Shown piece after piece: positions 61,126 to 64,000 of a stretch of DNA of 64,000 nt. Source of the DNA: Harriotta raleighana. Lineage: Eukaryota. The DNA lies in assembly GCA_050575255.1 (NCBI GenBank), contig JBNZDD010013709.1, positions 6,763,898 through 6,827,897 of the forward strand. The letters run 5' to 3'. The translations under genes were made by a program, and so were the position numbers. The notes under the pieces were generated by a model. It saw nothing but the letters and a program-made list of their open reading frames with translations, was not told the DNA's origin and made no database searches. Numbering within the stretch: the stretch's first letter is position 1; every line of letters begins with the position of its first letter.

Positions 61126-62279
61126 GTAAGTATTATCTACCAATTCATAGAAGATAATACATTTTTTATTAAAACGTGAAATTGTTGTACCAAAATTGTG
61201 TAATACTGTACCTTCCGCCTTGATGTTGGCATGTCTGAAAAGTATTAGCTTTTAATGGCTTCATATGCATATCAGATTATACCCGGTGTTCAGTCAATTG
61301 TAACATGTTGCGTATGTTCCAAACAAGACAACGGTTTTTTATAAAATATTGTGCATTGTGAAATAGAGAATACAGTTTAAGAAGAACAGTAAACTTTGTG
61401 CTGTGATGCAAGCAATTGGGGTGTATTTAACATTAGGCTGCTTATCGTATCGGTAATACTGGGGCTGATACAAATAATTTAGCAAAATCCACTGAAACAA
61501 ATTAACAATCAATTTGTAAACCAAGAAAGGAACTGAACTTTAGCAAAGGAAAGCGTAGCTGCATGAACATTTACTAGTTTAACAACCTGCCTCCCTACCT
61601 GCTGCCTAGGCTTATTTCAACCCATTGTTAGCATGCTTCTTTACAGCACATTTTTCATGTTGGAAACTGTATTTGATGCAACAAGTTAACGTTTATGTAA
61701 ATAGCTCAACTCACACCATTATTTTCTAAAAGGGAAATATCATTCAGAGAGTGGGGGAGTGAAGGGATTCACTCTGACTGAAAAATAATGCGCCCCACAT
61801 GGAACTTTCAAATGAATCGCAGTATTTAAAATATCTCCTCTCTGATATTGAATGCAATATTGCCATTTGAGGCTATCCTCAAAGCAGCCTTGAGGAAACG
61901 TGTTGTTTTAGACACTGTCAAATTATGACATTGCATATGTCATATATCTTCGATAACAATAAGCAAGACTTAGAGAACTGGACTAGGAAGATTTAAATAT
62001 TTGGGATATCCAATTCTCATACCTATCGATAATCACTGCCTGAAGTTAGACCTACAGAATGTACAGTAGAGCCTCCTTATAACGCAATTGAATGGGGTCA
62101 TTAAATTCCAAACGCACCTTAGATTGTGCTTCCACATTCACTGCTCCTGTTGGAAGTCTCTTATTGTGAAGCACGAGTGCGGCAGGGAGTAAGATTGTGG
62201 GGGTCTGATCAATCCAAAGTGGATTATTTTTTAGCGAAGGAGCTGGCTGTTATGTGGGAGCTGAACAGGTCTGTGAACC

Positions 62280-62838
62280 TCACAGACAAACCAGCCGAAA
62301 CCTTCGTCCACGCCTTTGGCGTTTCCCGACTACACGATTTCATTTTCCTCCTCGCTGGTCTCCCCAGCTCCACACAATTCAACTAATTCAAAACTCTGCG
62401 GCCCGCATGCTCACTTACACTGAACTCCCCCCACAAACATCACAGGCCCCACTGTCTCCCAATCACACACCCTAAACTCCGTACGTAATCACACCAGTCC
62501 TTGGCAGGCCTCACTTGTTTTCGAGTTCCTTCATGCCCCTCACACACCCTTACCTATCTGATTTGCTTACTTCCTACTCCACCTCACCCACTGGCTCTGG
62601 TGTCCTGCTTGTTGCTCATCTTCTCCTTCTCCACTATCGGTGACCGCGACTTCAGCCATTGCGCCCCGAAACTTTAGAATTCTCCCCCTCAATCCCTTCG
62701 CCCTAAAGATCTTCCCCTTTCGATCATCCTTACGGTCACCTCTCCCCTCCCTCTCCCTCTGGCTTGGGCTCAGACTCCGCCACTAGCGATCACTCCAGGG
62801 AAGTGTGAAGGGCGCTCTATAAATGCAAGTTGTTATTT
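62280..62838 (+). mobile_element. L2 LINE 3' end, decayed
   Basis: AETFVHAFGVSRL..QLIQNSAARML; tail gtgaagggcgctctataaatgcaagttg. Confidence 0.8.
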
Positions 62839-63711
62839 TAGTGAGTGAATCCCTACTCCAGCTATAAACAAATCTGGGTTAAAGCAAAGCGCATTATAAT
62901 TGGGTTCTACTGTATCACCAGACCAGGAATTCTTTCACCAGAAATTTCTAAATATTGATCCCCATGAGATTGAATTTTTTCATCCATGAATTTTAAAAAT
63001 TCCCAAATATTCTGATGTTTGCTTTCCATTAAAAATATTTCTTCCCTGAATAATGTTCCCCTTTAATTAGTAAAGTGTGCAACTGCTTTGTAACAGTCCT
63101 AGTAAATCCCTAAACATTTTGACATATCTTAAACATTAAACTAGCTCTGTGATGCGATTACACATTGCATTAGGAATTCAGTACATCCAAAGGTGTGGCT
63201 ATAGATATTCTGGTTAAGTATACATGGACACTCTCATGAGTTTAATATAGAAATTCCAAAAGCTCCATTGCTGCTCGTAATAAGAGTTCCTAGTTTTTTC
63301 CATGTATTTAGAATGCTTCAAACGATAGCAGCGTTCTTACTTTATTAATTACAGATTTTTAAAAAAAGTGAATACACTATTAACCAGCTTTTGATAAAGG
63401 GTAATATAATGCCATAGACCTAGGAAGCATTGACAAAGCTTCCCTTTCTGTTTTTTTTCTTCCTACTCTATAGGAGCTTAGTACAAAGTTGTCCCATTGA
63501 TGCCAGGGTAGGGGTTTTCTGAATTTGTAAAGTGAAGCGCTCTGACTTTTGTTGTTTTTTTTGTTGGCATGCTTGAGAAGCATGGTTTGTGCCAAGCAGG
63601 AATGTCAATTGATACTCTTTATGAAAGTGCTTGTGCATGAATGCGGTTTTTCTGATGCATTTTTCCTAATTGTACTAATATTTTCACTTGGCTTTACTTG
63701 CTGCTAACAAG

Positions 63712-63720
63712 GGGATCCAG
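63712..63720 (+). CDS. EML6: candidate 9-nt alternative microexon: (K/R)GS(R)
   Basis: ctttacttgctgctaacaag|GGGATCCAG|gtaact; phase 2-2; completes QGIVKGSR. Confidence 0.76.
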
Positions 63721-64000
63721 GTAACTCTTCACTAGTTGTTTTGTGTAGGTTGTTGACAGCCTATGTGTTTTAACAGTGAACTCATTTGCGATTTAACTTC
63801 AAATGTAACTCGCCTCCTCGGATCATTTGGAATTAATTGTTCGTGTTACTCTTTGAGTCATCGTAATTATTGGTGGGGGAAATCCAGGCAAGGAAACAAA
63901 ATGGAGTTATTATATTATTGCATTTCTAATGCTCAATACTGCGCAGTGGGAAATTGTAGAATTGTCGAACCACTAACATTAGGAGGGTGAATTACATCGT

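Noticed and set aside
62062-62105. Third Tigger-like element (tacagtagagcctccttataacgc)
   Set aside because: Single TIR-like end with no partner found; too short to call.

Overview
Eukaryotic (vertebrate) genomic DNA, most likely a cartilaginous fish and possibly a chimaera, judged from its Deu-domain tRNA-SINEs, CR1 and L2 LINE 3' ends. The window lies inside one + strand gene, EML6 (echinoderm microtubule-associated protein-like 6; WD40/TAPE domains). I traced 26 consecutive GT-AG coding exons (11136-57457; 3804 nt, 1268 codons, all phases compatible, no stops) covering most of TAPE domain 1, all of TAPE domain 2 and the start of the second linker. The ATG exon (upstream) and TAPE3 exons (downstream) are outside the window. 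Introns are dense with one tRNA-derived SINE family (more than 35 copies or fragments, several nested), plus L2 and CR1 3' ends and two Tigger-like non-autonomous DNA transposons. The most notable feature is the last intron (57458-64000), which looks like a splicing-regulation hub. It holds two frame-preserving microexons (15 nt and 9 nt, together QGIVKGSR) with UGC, RBFOX and QKI motifs, a hairpin and candidate poison exon, and candidate short terminal exons that would truncate the protein after two TAPE domains. Also notable are a retroposon tail inserted exactly at a 3' splice site (48633-48697) and a candidate alternative N-terminal exon with a GC donor (4554-4670). Family names are from recall, not database searches; repeat boundaries are approximate.
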